Program-made: the position numbers and the translations under genes
Part shown: in pieces, positions 18,713-27,940 of the stretch
How the letters are laid out: each line of letters starts with the position of its first letter
Numbering within the stretch: position 1 is the first letter of the stretch
Notes under the pieces: model-generated
What the model was told of the DNA's origin: nothing
Databases searched by the model: none
Seen by the model: the letters and a program-made list of their open reading frames with translations, nothing else
DNA from: Candidatus Ozemobacteraceae bacterium
GTDB lineage: Bacteria; Muiribacteriota; Ozemobacteria; Ozemobacterales; Ozemobacteraceae
DNA: 56,336 bases
Direction: 5' to 3'
Assembly (NCBI GenBank): GCA_036567845.1
Contig: DATCTT010000298.1
Span: forward strand, 1 to 56,336

Positions 18713-21010
18713 TCAGTTCTTGAGCCGCTCGAGCAGGTCCCGCAGATTGCGCTCTCCCGGAGCGCCAGGAGGAACGTCCGCCAGAGCTTTTTTCAGCACG
18801 TCCTTCGCCTGATCTTTCCGGCCCTGCCGTGCAAGGATGAGCGCCCAATTGTAATGGAGCCCCGGATCCCGCACGTTTCCATCGGCCGCTTCCTCGTAGA
18901 TCGCGAGGGCTTTCTCATACTGGCCGGTTTTCTGGTAGGCAAACCCCAGACTGATCAGGACCTTCGCCGGCGCCGGCTGGCGTCGCCGCCCCTCCTCGTA
19001 ATGCTTCACGGCCTCTTCCCAATGCTGCTCGCGCAGGAACAGGTTCGCAAGATTGAAGTGGAGAGCCGACAGGTCGGGTTGGATCTTGAGCGCCTGCTTG
19101 AAATAGTGCACGGCCTCCTGGAGGCGGTTGCACCGGTGGCAGCAGACACCGAGATTCGCATATCCCTGAATATGGAACGGATCGATTTCGACGACCTTCC
19201 GATAAAAGGGAATCGCCTGGTCGAATCGGCCCTGGTGCTGGAACAGATTCCCGGCAAAGAAGTTGGCCATCAGGTCATGCGGATAGACCGTCAGATAGGC
19301 CTGCACCCCCTGAATCGCCTCGTCGATGCGGCCAGCCTTGAAGGCGGCCGTGAACCGCTCGCGCATCGCGTCCTTTCCCCCCTCGCGGGGTTCCATGTCG
19401 GCTCCGAGGGCTTTGCTCGCAGGATTCGACGCTGCGGATGCTGGCTGAGCCGTCATCGCCGGAGCTGGCCGGATCGCAGCCGCGGCGGCGTCCGGAAGTC
19501 TGACACCGGCGAGCGCCTGTTTGAGAGGTGTCGAGAGCGGCGTCCGGTCGAGGACTCGCAGCGCCTTGCCGATCTCCCCCAGCGCGTAGGAAGCAGAAAC
19601 CTTCGTCGTGTTCTCGGCATCCGACAGCATCCGCTCGAGCTGGAACAGAACTCCGAGCTCTCCGATACGGAACAGGGCTTTCGCGGCATTGGCCCGCGTG
19701 CGGTTGTCGGGATCCTGGAGCATCGGCTTGAGGGACAGCGAAGCCCCTTCCCCGAGAATCGCCTCGAGGGCTTCGACGGCGTTCGCCCGCACCCGTGAAT
19801 CCCGGTCCTTGAGGGCATTCTGCAGAATGGGAACAGCCGCCGGGTCGCCGATATCCCCGAGGGCGGAAATGATGGCCGACCGGATCTTGAAGTTCCGCTC
19901 GCTCCCAAACAGCCGCGAGAGGGCGGTGACAGCCGGAGCCGCCTTAAGCCGCCCCAGCGCGGTGACGGCGTGGAGACGGACAAACGAAGCCGTGTCGCTG
20001 AGCAGTTTCAGCAGCAACTCCAGATCCCCGTCGCCAGCCCGGAGCGCAAGCGCGCGGGCCGCGTTTTTTCGGACATCGTTGTCCTCGTCCCGCAGGAGTT
20101 CGACCAGCAGAGGCAGGGCACGCGGATGTTCGAACGCGGTCAGGACGTATCCGAGGGTGGCCCGAACCCATTTGTCCGGATCATCCCGCATCTCGTCAAG
20201 ATCCGAGGTCAGATCCTTGGCCCCCGCAAGCGCGACGGCGATAATGGCATTGCCCCTGACGCGATGATTGCCATGCCGAAGAAACGGCTGGATCAGGGAA
20301 AGCAGCTTTTCTTTCGGCAGGTCGAGTTTGCGCAGACTCTCTATCGCGTTCGCCTTGACGCGGTCATCACTGTCCCGCAGGGCTTTCGACAACGTCGTGA
20401 CGGCAGTGAGATCCTTCAACTGGCCGATCGCCGTGATCAACGCCGAGCGTTTGCGCTCGTTCGGCTCTTTGAGAAAGAATGCTGTCAGCGGATTCGTTGC
20501 ACGGTGATCTCCGATCCGGGCAAGGGCATCCACCACGTTCAGGAAGATCCATTCGTTGGCTTCGCCGAGACAGCCCAGCAGGGGCGATACGGATGAAGCA
20601 TCGCGGCGTTTTCCCAGCGCATTGGCACATTGGAAGCGGACATTCGAGTCGGCATCCGACAGACCGGCATTCAGGGCAGCCGTCACCCGGGAGTCCTGAA
20701 ACGCGCCGAGAGCGGCCGCGATGTTCGGCCGAACTTCCCTGTCCGCGTCACGGAATGCGGCAAGTAGGGAACCGATAGCGGAAGGATCCCCGATCTCGGC
20801 GAGGGCCGAGGCGAAAGCCTCATCCTGAACCTGGCGGCTCAGTCCATCAACCAGAGGCACAACCGCCTCGGGATCGCCGATGCTTCCCAGGGCCCGAGCG
20901 GCTTCCTCTCGCAGATGGGCATCCTGGTGATGCAGAAATCCGATCAGTTTGCGCGTGCATGGCTTGATCAGCACCAGGCCGCGTTTTCGCAGGTCGTGTT
21001 CGTCCGGCAT
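18713..21010 (-). CDS. HEAT-repeat (about 15) plus TPR-repeat protein
   Basis: Repeated L.D.D..VR.NA..AL units, then TPRs (ANFFAGNLF..G.FDQAI, YANLG, LHFNLA, LGFAYQK, LHYNWA); AGGTGAGAGG RBS before 21010. Confidence 0.85.
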   Translation of the reverse strand: MPDEHDLRKRGLVLIKPCTRKLIGFLHHQDAHLREEAARALGSIGDPEAVVPLVDGLSRQVQDEAFASALAEIGDPSAIGSLLAAFRDADREVRPNIAAALGAFQDSRVTAALNAGLSDADSNVRFQCANALGKRRDASSVSPLLGCLGEANEWIFLNVVDALARIGDHRATNPLTAFFLKEPNERKRSALITAIGQLKDLTAVTTLSKALRDSDDRVKANAIESLRKLDLPKEKLLSLIQPFLRHGNHRVRGNAIIAVALAGAKDLTSDLDEMRDDPDKWVRATLGYVLTAFEHPRALPLLVELLRDEDNDVRKNAARALALRAGDGDLELLLKLLSDTASFVRLHAVTALGRLKAAPAVTALSRLFGSERNFKIRSAIISALGDIGDPAAVPILQNALKDRDSRVRANAVEALEAILGEGASLSLKPMLQDPDNRTRANAAKALFRIGELGVLFQLERMLSDAENTTKVSASYALGEIGKALRVLDRTPLSTPLKQALAGVRLPDAAAAAIRPAPAMTAQPASAASNPASKALGADMEPREGGKDAMRERFTAAFKAGRIDEAIQGVQAYLTVYPHDLMANFFAGNLFQHQGRFDQAIPFYRKVVEIDPFHIQGYANLGVCCHRCNRLQEAVHYFKQALKIQPDLSALHFNLANLFLREQHWEEAVKHYEEGRRRQPAPAKVLISLGFAYQKTGQYEKALAIYEEAADGNVRDPGLHYNWALILARQGRKDQAKDVLKKALADVPPGAPGERNLRDLLERLKN

Positions 21011-21142
21011 CCTCTCACCTCGTTTTCCACAGATCGGCAGGATGCGAAGCTTTCCGAAGGAAACGAGGGCGCCGGTGAGAAGCGGCCAAAAACAAAACAC
21101 CGGAGCCCTTTCGGACTCCGGTGCCAGTCATCGTGTGATCGT

Positions 21143-21406
21143 TCAGGAGGTCTGACTCATGCGCAGATTCTTGAGGCCGACCTTGTCGAAGTGAACCTTC
21201 ATCTTGCGGATGCCGTCTTCGGTCATACCGACCTCGACCACTTCGCCTCTGTCATCCCAGATCTTGTGGTAGATGATTTCGCCTTCTTCGTAGGTTTCGG
21301 TGGCTTCGTAATCCCGAGGAGCGCCCTGAGCCGCCTTGTCCTTCTTTCGAACAGGAGCTTCGACCGGCTTCGCTTCCGGCTTCTTTATGGTCTTGGCCTT
21401 TGCCAT
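21143..21406 (-). CDS. Small protein: Lys/Pro-rich tail plus PcrA/UvrD-C-terminal Tudor-like domain
   Basis: YEEGEIIYHKIWDDRGEVVEV...MKVHFDKVGLKNL pattern; GGGAGG RBS; own promoter. Confidence 0.6.
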   Translation of the reverse strand: MAKAKTIKKPEAKPVEAPVRKKDKAAQGAPRDYEATETYEEGEIIYHKIWDDRGEVVEVGMTEDGIRKMKVHFDKVGLKNLRMSQTS

Positions 21407-21436
21407 GCCTCACCCTCCCAATGGAAGTAATACTGA

Positions 21437-21465
21437 ATATTACTATAAGTCAGGCCCGAAGTCAA
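21437..21465 (-). promoter_or_regulatory. Sigma70 promoter TTGACT-17-TAATAT for the small Tudor-like gene
   Basis: Reverse complement of 21460-21465 and 21437-21442; 17-nt spacer. Confidence 0.6.
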
Positions 21466-21515
21466 TCGTGCCCCCGCCAAGGCGTGCCCCCGGCAATTGC
21501 CTCCCCTTCCTCGTA

Positions 21516-21544
21516 TTGACACCCCCCCGCTCCCTCAATATAAT
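21516..21544 (+). promoter_or_regulatory. Perfect consensus sigma70 promoter TTGACA-17-TATAAT
   Basis: TTGACA 21516-21521, 17-nt spacer, TATAAT 21539-21544, upstream of the clostripain gene. Confidence 0.88.
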
Positions 21545-21601
21545 CGAAAAAAGGCTTTCGATCGCAGCTCACAATGGAGGCACAATGCCGTGTTGCCTGT
21601 C

Positions 21602-24307
21602 ATGACAACTCTTCGTCGCCGCAGTCCGGTTCTCCTCCTCCTCTGGCTCGTGCTGGCTGTCGCGTGCAGCGACGTTTTTGCGGCTCAACGCCGGACAACG
21701 GCACGGCGCCCTGCTGCGACGGCGTCATCGACGGCTGAGCCGGGAGCGGCGAAAAAAGACTGGACCTTCATGGTATTCATGGCTGCCGACAACAACCTCG
21801 AGGCCGGCGGCGAATTCGACATGAACGAGATGGAAACGATCGGTTCGACCGACCGGGTCAACATCGTTGTCCAGCTCGACCGAAGCGGCCGGTATTCCCA
21901 GGATTCCGACATGAAATGGTCGGGCTGCCGGCGGTACCTGATCAAGAAAGATTCTCAGCCGAAGAAGGTAACCTCGCCGATGATCCAGGATCTCGGTCAG
22001 ATCGACATGGCTGCCCCCGCGACCCTGCTGAATTTCGTCGACTGGGCGAGCCGGACGTATCCCGCCCGCCGCTACGCGCTGATCCTGTGGAACCACGGCA
22101 CTGGCTGGAAGGAAATTCAGCCCGATGTCGCCCCTTCGATCATGACTACCGAGCCCGGCACGGAAGCCGCCCCGTTCGGTGATATATCATACAATATTTC
22201 CTATGACGACACCGCAGGCTCCTCGATGGACATCCCTACGCTTGGGAAAACCCTTGCCCAGGTAAAGGAGATCCTTGGCCAGCCCGTCGACCTGCTCGGC
22301 TTCGACGCCTGCCTGATGCAAATGCTCGAGGTCGCTCACGAGGCCTCATCCTACGCGCGGTTCCAAGTCGGTTCGGCGGATCTCGAACCCGAACGGGGCT
22401 GGCCGTATGATGCATTTCTGGCCAAACTCGCCGCGAATCCGTCGATGGATGGCCGCCAGCTCGGCTCCGCCATCGTCGACACGTACAAAGCCTCGTATCA
22501 GATGGGCTCGCAGGGCAACACGGCGGTGACCCTCTCACTCCTCGATCTGAGCAAGGTCGCCTCGATCGCCCAGGGGATGAACAGCCTTGTCACTGCCATG
22601 AAGACCGGTATCCGCGAGATCGACCGGATCGAGCATGCCCGCGAGGCGACGCTGAAATACGTGTACAAAGACTATGTCGATCTCGGCCACTTCCTCGAGA
22701 TTCTCGGCAAGACCGTCGAGGCCGCTCCGATCAGGACCGCCGCCACGAAGCTTCTTGCCGCGCTCCAGGGCGAGAACGGCCTGATCGTGAAGCATGCGTC
22801 GGCCGGCGACAAATACAAAGACGCCACCGGGCTGTGCATTTTCCTTCCCGACCGCGCCGGCTTCCGGACCTACAAGAACCGGTACAAACTCCTGAGCATG
22901 TCGAAAAATACCGGCTGGTACAAGCTCCTCGACGAGCTCGAATCCCCTTCCCTGCCGTATGTGAAGCTGGTCGAGGTCGTTCTCGAGGATGAGAACCGCG
23001 ACGGCCGGTTTGCTGCCGGCGAGAAGGTGCGCTCCCACCTCACCATGCAGAACTTCGGCAAGGAAAGCGTCGGCCAGCTCACCGTGACGGCCGAGACGGC
23101 GAGCGGCGGTCTCGACAAGAAAGAGCAGTCGATGGAGATCACCGGTATCCCGGGCCCCGGCAAGAAACAGACGGCCGATGGACCGTCGTTCCAGATCCTG
23201 CCCGACGCGAAGATCGACAGCGAGGTGACCCTCACCTTCACGATCCGCGGCGAGAAGAGCCCTGCATCGACATTCCGCACGACCTTCTACGTGAAGGCCC
23301 CCTTCCAGACCAGCGGTCATGTGCTGCTTGCCTTCACCGACGCGTTCTCCCCCGCTCCCCCGGTTCTTCAGACCATGTTCCGGGACAGCAACATCACCTT
23401 CGACCCCTGGGACCGCATGCTTGACGGAGAGCTCAAGCCCGACGTCCTCAAACGGTACACCGACGGCTGGGTGTTCGTCTCGGCCCAGGACTCCTCCGAC
23501 CAGCAGCAACTGAGCGCCGCCGAACTCGAGGCGCTGACCGGGTATCTCAAATCCGGCGGCCGGCTCGTGCTAAGCGGCCAGGATCTCGCCTTCTCGCTGC
23601 GCGACTCGGCGTTTCTGAAAACGATGTGCAAGGCCGGTTTCGTCCAGGACGACACGAACGTGCATGTCGTATCGGGGCTGACGGGCGGCTACAAGGGCCA
23701 GACCTACCAGATCTTCGGGGGAGACGGCGCCAACAACCAGAAGTGGCCTGACGAGATCGATCCGCTGACGGGGGCGAAAGCCATCATGAAGTTCGACAGT
23801 GCCGCCCGCGACCTTGCCAACGATCACGACATGAACGGCCCCGACCTGAAGCCCAGCTCGCCGACACGCGGTATCAAGTCCTCGGGTGCAGCCGCGATCG
23901 AGGTGATCGATGGCTACCGCCTGCTGTTCTTCGCCTTCGGAATCGAGGCGATCAACGATGCGGGCCAACGGAACGCCGTGCTGAAAAACATCGCGGCCTT
24001 CATGACCCCCACACTCGACTCGCAGGTGCGCGATCTGGCCGGAGCGGCCTCACGACGGCCCGCCCGACGCAGCACGAGCAACACCCGGCAGTATCTCGAC
24101 GACGTCGACTTCCTGACAGAGGTGCGCCAGAACATCACCCGCCGGGTGAAGCGCGAGATGGAGCGCAAGCCGGAAACGGCAGCCGCGCTTCTCGAAACAA
24201 TCGAACGCCTGCCCGCCGAACAGCGCGAGGGTGTCTCGGAACTCGAAAAACAGTTGCATGACCTCTTGGAATTCCAGCGCCAGCATGGTACGTTCTTGAA
24301 CCGGTAA
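21602..24307 (+). CDS. Secreted clostripain-family (C11) cysteine peptidase with C-terminal accessory domains
   Basis: Signal peptide; WTFMVFMAADNNLE, LWNHG (catalytic His), GFDACLM (catalytic Cys), GWPY. Start could alternatively be GTG 21590. Confidence 0.87.
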   Translation: MTTLRRRSPVLLLLWLVLAVACSDVFAAQRRTTARRPAATASSTAEPGAAKKDWTFMVFMAADNNLEAGGEFDMNEMETIGSTDRVNIVVQLDRSGRYSQDSDMKWSGCRRYLIKKDSQPKKVTSPMIQDLGQIDMAAPATLLNFVDWASRTYPARRYALILWNHGTGWKEIQPDVAPSIMTTEPGTEAAPFGDISYNISYDDTAGSSMDIPTLGKTLAQVKEILGQPVDLLGFDACLMQMLEVAHEASSYARFQVGSADLEPERGWPYDAFLAKLAANPSMDGRQLGSAIVDTYKASYQMGSQGNTAVTLSLLDLSKVASIAQGMNSLVTAMKTGIREIDRIEHAREATLKYVYKDYVDLGHFLEILGKTVEAAPIRTAATKLLAALQGENGLIVKHASAGDKYKDATGLCIFLPDRAGFRTYKNRYKLLSMSKNTGWYKLLDELESPSLPYVKLVEVVLEDENRDGRFAAGEKVRSHLTMQNFGKESVGQLTVTAETASGGLDKKEQSMEITGIPGPGKKQTADGPSFQILPDAKIDSEVTLTFTIRGEKSPASTFRTTFYVKAPFQTSGHVLLAFTDAFSPAPPVLQTMFRDSNITFDPWDRMLDGELKPDVLKRYTDGWVFVSAQDSSDQQQLSAAELEALTGYLKSGGRLVLSGQDLAFSLRDSAFLKTMCKAGFVQDDTNVHVVSGLTGGYKGQTYQIFGGDGANNQKWPDEIDPLTGAKAIMKFDSAARDLANDHDMNGPDLKPSSPTRGIKSSGAAAIEVIDGYRLLFFAFGIEAINDAGQRNAVLKNIAAFMTPTLDSQVRDLAGAASRRPARRSTSNTRQYLDDVDFLTEVRQNITRRVKREMERKPETAAALLETIERLPAEQREGVSELEKQLHDLLEFQRQHGTFLNR

Positions 24308-24329
24308 TCCCTTCGCTTCAGACCGACCA

Positions 24330-24355
24330 GGGAAGAAACCTCCGGGTTTCTTCCC
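24330..24355 (+). terminator. Hairpin/terminator after the clostripain gene
   Basis: 11-bp perfect stem GGGAAGAAACC-TCCG-GGTTTCTTCCC; weak U-tract. Confidence 0.65.
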
Positions 24356-24493
24356 CTCGTTTGTACGTACCATCCACAAGCCACACGGGGAGACGATGAA
24401 CATTCACCTCTCATGCATGCAGGGCAGGATGCCGATGGTTTTCCTGACACAGAACGAGATCTGTTCCGGCAATTTTCACATTCGGGAGTCGGC

Positions 24494-24877
24494 ATGAAAC
24501 GTTCACACTGGTTCGTTCCGCGAAAGGCGGATGTCACGGCAACCCGCCTGGCCGGCAGGGACGACGCTTCCGCATCGGCCGACCTCCGGCGCCGGAAGAT
24601 GTTGCGTCTCTACATGACCGCCATCCTGCTGGTCAGCATGATGCTGACCATGTATATCTGGCAGCAGACCAAAATGGTCGAGATCCGAATCAGGATCCAG
24701 CAGTCTGAAAAGCGGTGCGACAGCCTCGAGACGAACAACGCGGTGGTGCGTGCCGAGATCTCGAAGCTCCAGTCGATCGCCCGGATCGAGAAGGTTGCCC
24801 GGAACGAACTCGGCATGGTTCCACCGCAACGGATCTGCTACATTCCCCTTCCAATCGAGTTCGCGCAGCAGCGCTGA
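24494..24877 (+). CDS. ftsL: Cell division protein FtsL-like
   Basis: Short basic N-terminus, one TM helix, coiled coil, LQSIARIEKVARNELGMVPP; next to rsmH and ftsI. Confidence 0.8.
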   Translation: MKRSHWFVPRKADVTATRLAGRDDASASADLRRRKMLRLYMTAILLVSMMLTMYIWQQTKMVEIRIRIQQSEKRCDSLETNNAVVRAEISKLQSIARIEKVARNELGMVPPQRICYIPLPIEFAQQR

Positions 24878-24879
24878 TT

Positions 24880-25833
24880 ATGGAACAGACAGGACATACT
24901 CCGGTTCTCGAGGCCCAGGTGGCCGGACTTGCGCTCCCCGAGGGGGGCCAGGTATTCGCCGACGTGACGTTTGGTCTCGGTGGCCACACCCGTGCGGTCC
25001 TTGCCGCCTATCCCTCAATCCGGCGCGTCGTCGCCATCGACCGGGATCTCGACATCCTTCACCGTTCAGAACAGGGGCTTCCGGATCCACGGATCATCCG
25101 CGTGCACGGCAGGGCGATTGAGCTGCCGGAGATCCTCGTCCAGCTGGGTTTGTCGGGGGTCGACGGGATCCTGGCCGATCTCGGCGTCTCCTCCCCCCAA
25201 CTCGATGAAGCCGAACGGGGGTTCTCGTTCACCCGTGACGGTCCTCTGGACATGCGCATGGATCGGTCATCCGGCGGCGTCACGGCGGCGGAGCTGGTGA
25301 ATACCGCCCGGGAGGACGAGCTATCAAGAATCTTCCACGAGTATGGCGAGGAGCGGCACTCACGAAGAATAGCTTCAGCTATTGCAAGACGTCGGGATTC
25401 CCGTCCTTTCGCGACGACGCGGGATCTTGCGACCTTCATCGAGGGAGTCGCGCCGAATCGAGGCAGCATCGGCATCCACCCGGCCACGCGCGTCTTTCAG
25501 GCTCTCAGGATCGCGGTCAACGATGAGTTGCGCGAACTCGAGCAGTTCCTTCCACGCGCCCTTTCCCTGCTGAACCCGGGGGGCCATCTGTCGGTCATCT
25601 CATTCCACTCGCTCGAGGACCGCATCGTGAAAACGTTCTTCACGGCCCAGCAGAAGGGTTGTACCTGTCCCCCGAAGTTCCCCGTCTGCGTTTGCGGCAA
25701 CCGCCCCACCATCGAGATTCTCACGCGCAAGCCGGTCACGGCTGACGAGACGGAAATCGCCGCCAATCCGCGTTCTCGGTCGGCGAAGCTCCGGGTGGCC
25801 CGACGCATCGGAAAGGACGAGACCAGATCATGA
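24880..25833 (+). CDS. rsmH: 16S rRNA m4C1402 methyltransferase RsmH (MraW)
   Basis: HTPVL, DVTFGLGGH, DLGVSSPQLD..ERGFSF, PLDMRMD, HPATRVFQALRIAVN, FHSLEDR, NPRSRSAKLR. Confidence 0.96.
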   Translation: MEQTGHTPVLEAQVAGLALPEGGQVFADVTFGLGGHTRAVLAAYPSIRRVVAIDRDLDILHRSEQGLPDPRIIRVHGRAIELPEILVQLGLSGVDGILADLGVSSPQLDEAERGFSFTRDGPLDMRMDRSSGGVTAAELVNTAREDELSRIFHEYGEERHSRRIASAIARRRDSRPFATTRDLATFIEGVAPNRGSIGIHPATRVFQALRIAVNDELRELEQFLPRALSLLNPGGHLSVISFHSLEDRIVKTFFTAQQKGCTCPPKFPVCVCGNRPTIEILTRKPVTADETEIAANPRSRSAKLRVARRIGKDETRS

Positions 25834-27887
25834 AATGGCGCGGACTCCGGACGCGCACGATGCGCGCGCTCATTGCCTGCGGGGTCATGGGAGCGATTCT
25901 CGGGCTGTATTCCCTCCGGCTGTTCCAGCTCCAGGTGCTCCAGTTCGATGAATGGTCACGCCGGTCCATCCAGAATCATCGCACCCAGCACACGCTCGAG
26001 ATGAAACGCGGGACGATCACGGACCGGAACGGTGTCGAACTGGCCCTCTCGGTGGAAACCTACACGGTTTTCCTGTACACCCGCGAAATCCGGTCGATGC
26101 AGGAGACGGCGGCCCAGCTTTCGACAATTCTGCCGATGAACACCGAGGAGATCCTCGCGAAGGTAAAGGGCCGCAAAGGGTATTTGCCAATTTTCAAGAA
26201 TCTCGAACGCCATCTGGCGATGAAGATCAATGAGTTGAATCTCCCGGGGGTGATCCTCGAGGAAAACTACCGCCGCGTGTATCCCCAGAATGCGCTCGCC
26301 TCGAATCTGCTCGGCTTCGCCGGCGGGGAAGGTCATGGTCTCGAAGGCCTCGAACTCTCGTTCGACCGCACCCTGCGAGGATATGCGGGCCTGGCCGTAG
26401 AAGAGGATGTGAGCACAAGCGAGGACGGGCCAGGCCGGATGCGGATTGTCCGACCGCCGATGGGCGGCAGTAATATGGTGCTCACGATAGATTCGATTAT
26501 CCAGCACATTCTCGAGACCGAGCTGGCCAAGCTGATGGAACAATGGAAGCCGATCGACGCGATGGCGATCGCGATGGACCCGTACACGGGTGAGGTGCTC
26601 GGCATGGCGGTCCTGCCAAACTACGATCTCAACAAGTTTGCCGACTCCCCGCCAGAAGCGCACCGCAACAGGCCGGTGACGGATCTGTTCGAGCCGGGCT
26701 CGTGCATGAAGATTTTCGCCACGGCGTGCGGTCTGATGTCCGGCACGATCACCAGTGGGACGCGGTTCTACTGCAAGGGCGCTGGGGAAGTGGCCGGAAA
26801 ACGCATCAAATGCCACGGTTCCCACGGGCTGGTCGACATCGAAGAGGCAATCGCCGAGTCCTGCAACGCTACGATGGTGCAGATCTCGCAGGCCCTCGAC
26901 CAGCGCACGCTGTACCGGTTTTACCGCCAGCTCGGCTTCGGAGAGCCGACCGGTCTCGAGGTTCCTGCCGAGACCCCAGGGATGTTCAGTTCCCCGTCGA
27001 AATGGTCGGCCCTCTCGGCGGCATCGCTGTGCATCGGTCAGGAAATCGGCGTCACAGGCGCGCAGCTCGTTGCCGCCTACTCCGCGATCGCGAACGGCGG
27101 CCGGCTTCTCCGCCCGCACCTCGTGAGGCGCATCGAGTCTCCGAACGGGGATCTGAGCGAAGAGTTCGGACCCGAGGAAAAGCGTCAGGTGATGCCTCCC
27201 GAACTCGCGCGGCGTCTGCGCAAGATGCTGGCGGGCGTCGTCGATCACGGGACAGGAGAGCTCGCTGCCGTCGCGGATTACACGGTCGGCGGCAAGACGA
27301 GCACCGCGCAGAAGGCCAACCCGGCCGGCGGCTACTTCTGGGACAAGGTCGTCACCTCGTTCATCGGGATGGGCCCCGCCATGAATCCGCGCATCGTGCT
27401 GTTCGTCGCCGCCAACGAGCCGCGGGGTGACAACCGGACCCTCTTCGGCGGCAAGGTAGCAGGCCCTTACTTCGCCACAATGATGGATCGCATTCTCAAG
27501 TATCTCAAAGTCCCGCCCGACAAGGGCAGCCACGCGGTCGCAGCAACCGGAACCCCCATCGTCACGAGCCTGGGAACCGATGTCGCGGTGGAGCAGCAAG
27601 CCCCACCGATAAAATCCGTTGCCCATCTGCCGCTATCGGCGTTCGTGCCGCCCGCCTCACCCTCGGCATCCGGAACCCAGAGCGGGTCATTCCCGCTCAC
27701 CTGTGATCTGGTGCCTGACTTTTCGGGAATGACGCTGAAGGAAGTAGCCAGTCTCGCCCGCCATCTCGATCTCGAACCAACCTTCGACGGGAACGGCATC
27801 GTTGTCGATCAGTTCCCGAAACCCGGCGCCTCGCTGGCCGAAACGCGGACGGTGCAGGTGAAATTCTCACCCACCCCGCGCCCCTGA
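25830..27887 (+). CDS. ftsI: Class B penicillin-binding protein FtsI with C-terminal PASTA domain
   Basis: RGTITDRNG, RVYP, EPGSCMK (SxxK), SCN, GKTSTAQK; VPDFSGMTLKE PASTA. Confidence 0.93.
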   Translation: MKWRGLRTRTMRALIACGVMGAILGLYSLRLFQLQVLQFDEWSRRSIQNHRTQHTLEMKRGTITDRNGVELALSVETYTVFLYTREIRSMQETAAQLSTILPMNTEEILAKVKGRKGYLPIFKNLERHLAMKINELNLPGVILEENYRRVYPQNALASNLLGFAGGEGHGLEGLELSFDRTLRGYAGLAVEEDVSTSEDGPGRMRIVRPPMGGSNMVLTIDSIIQHILETELAKLMEQWKPIDAMAIAMDPYTGEVLGMAVLPNYDLNKFADSPPEAHRNRPVTDLFEPGSCMKIFATACGLMSGTITSGTRFYCKGAGEVAGKRIKCHGSHGLVDIEEAIAESCNATMVQISQALDQRTLYRFYRQLGFGEPTGLEVPAETPGMFSSPSKWSALSAASLCIGQEIGVTGAQLVAAYSAIANGGRLLRPHLVRRIESPNGDLSEEFGPEEKRQVMPPELARRLRKMLAGVVDHGTGELAAVADYTVGGKTSTAQKANPAGGYFWDKVVTSFIGMGPAMNPRIVLFVAANEPRGDNRTLFGGKVAGPYFATMMDRILKYLKVPPDKGSHAVAATGTPIVTSLGTDVAVEQQAPPIKSVAHLPLSAFVPPASPSASGTQSGSFPLTCDLVPDFSGMTLKEVASLARHLDLEPTFDGNGIVVDQFPKPGASLAETRTVQVKFSPTPRP

Positions 27888-27940
27888 ATGCGTTGAAATA
27901 TTATGTAAACTCGCCTTGTGCGAACTCATCCGAGGTAGTC

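Noticed and set aside
25956-27626. 556-aa minus-strand ORF
   Set aside because: Antisense shadow of ftsI.
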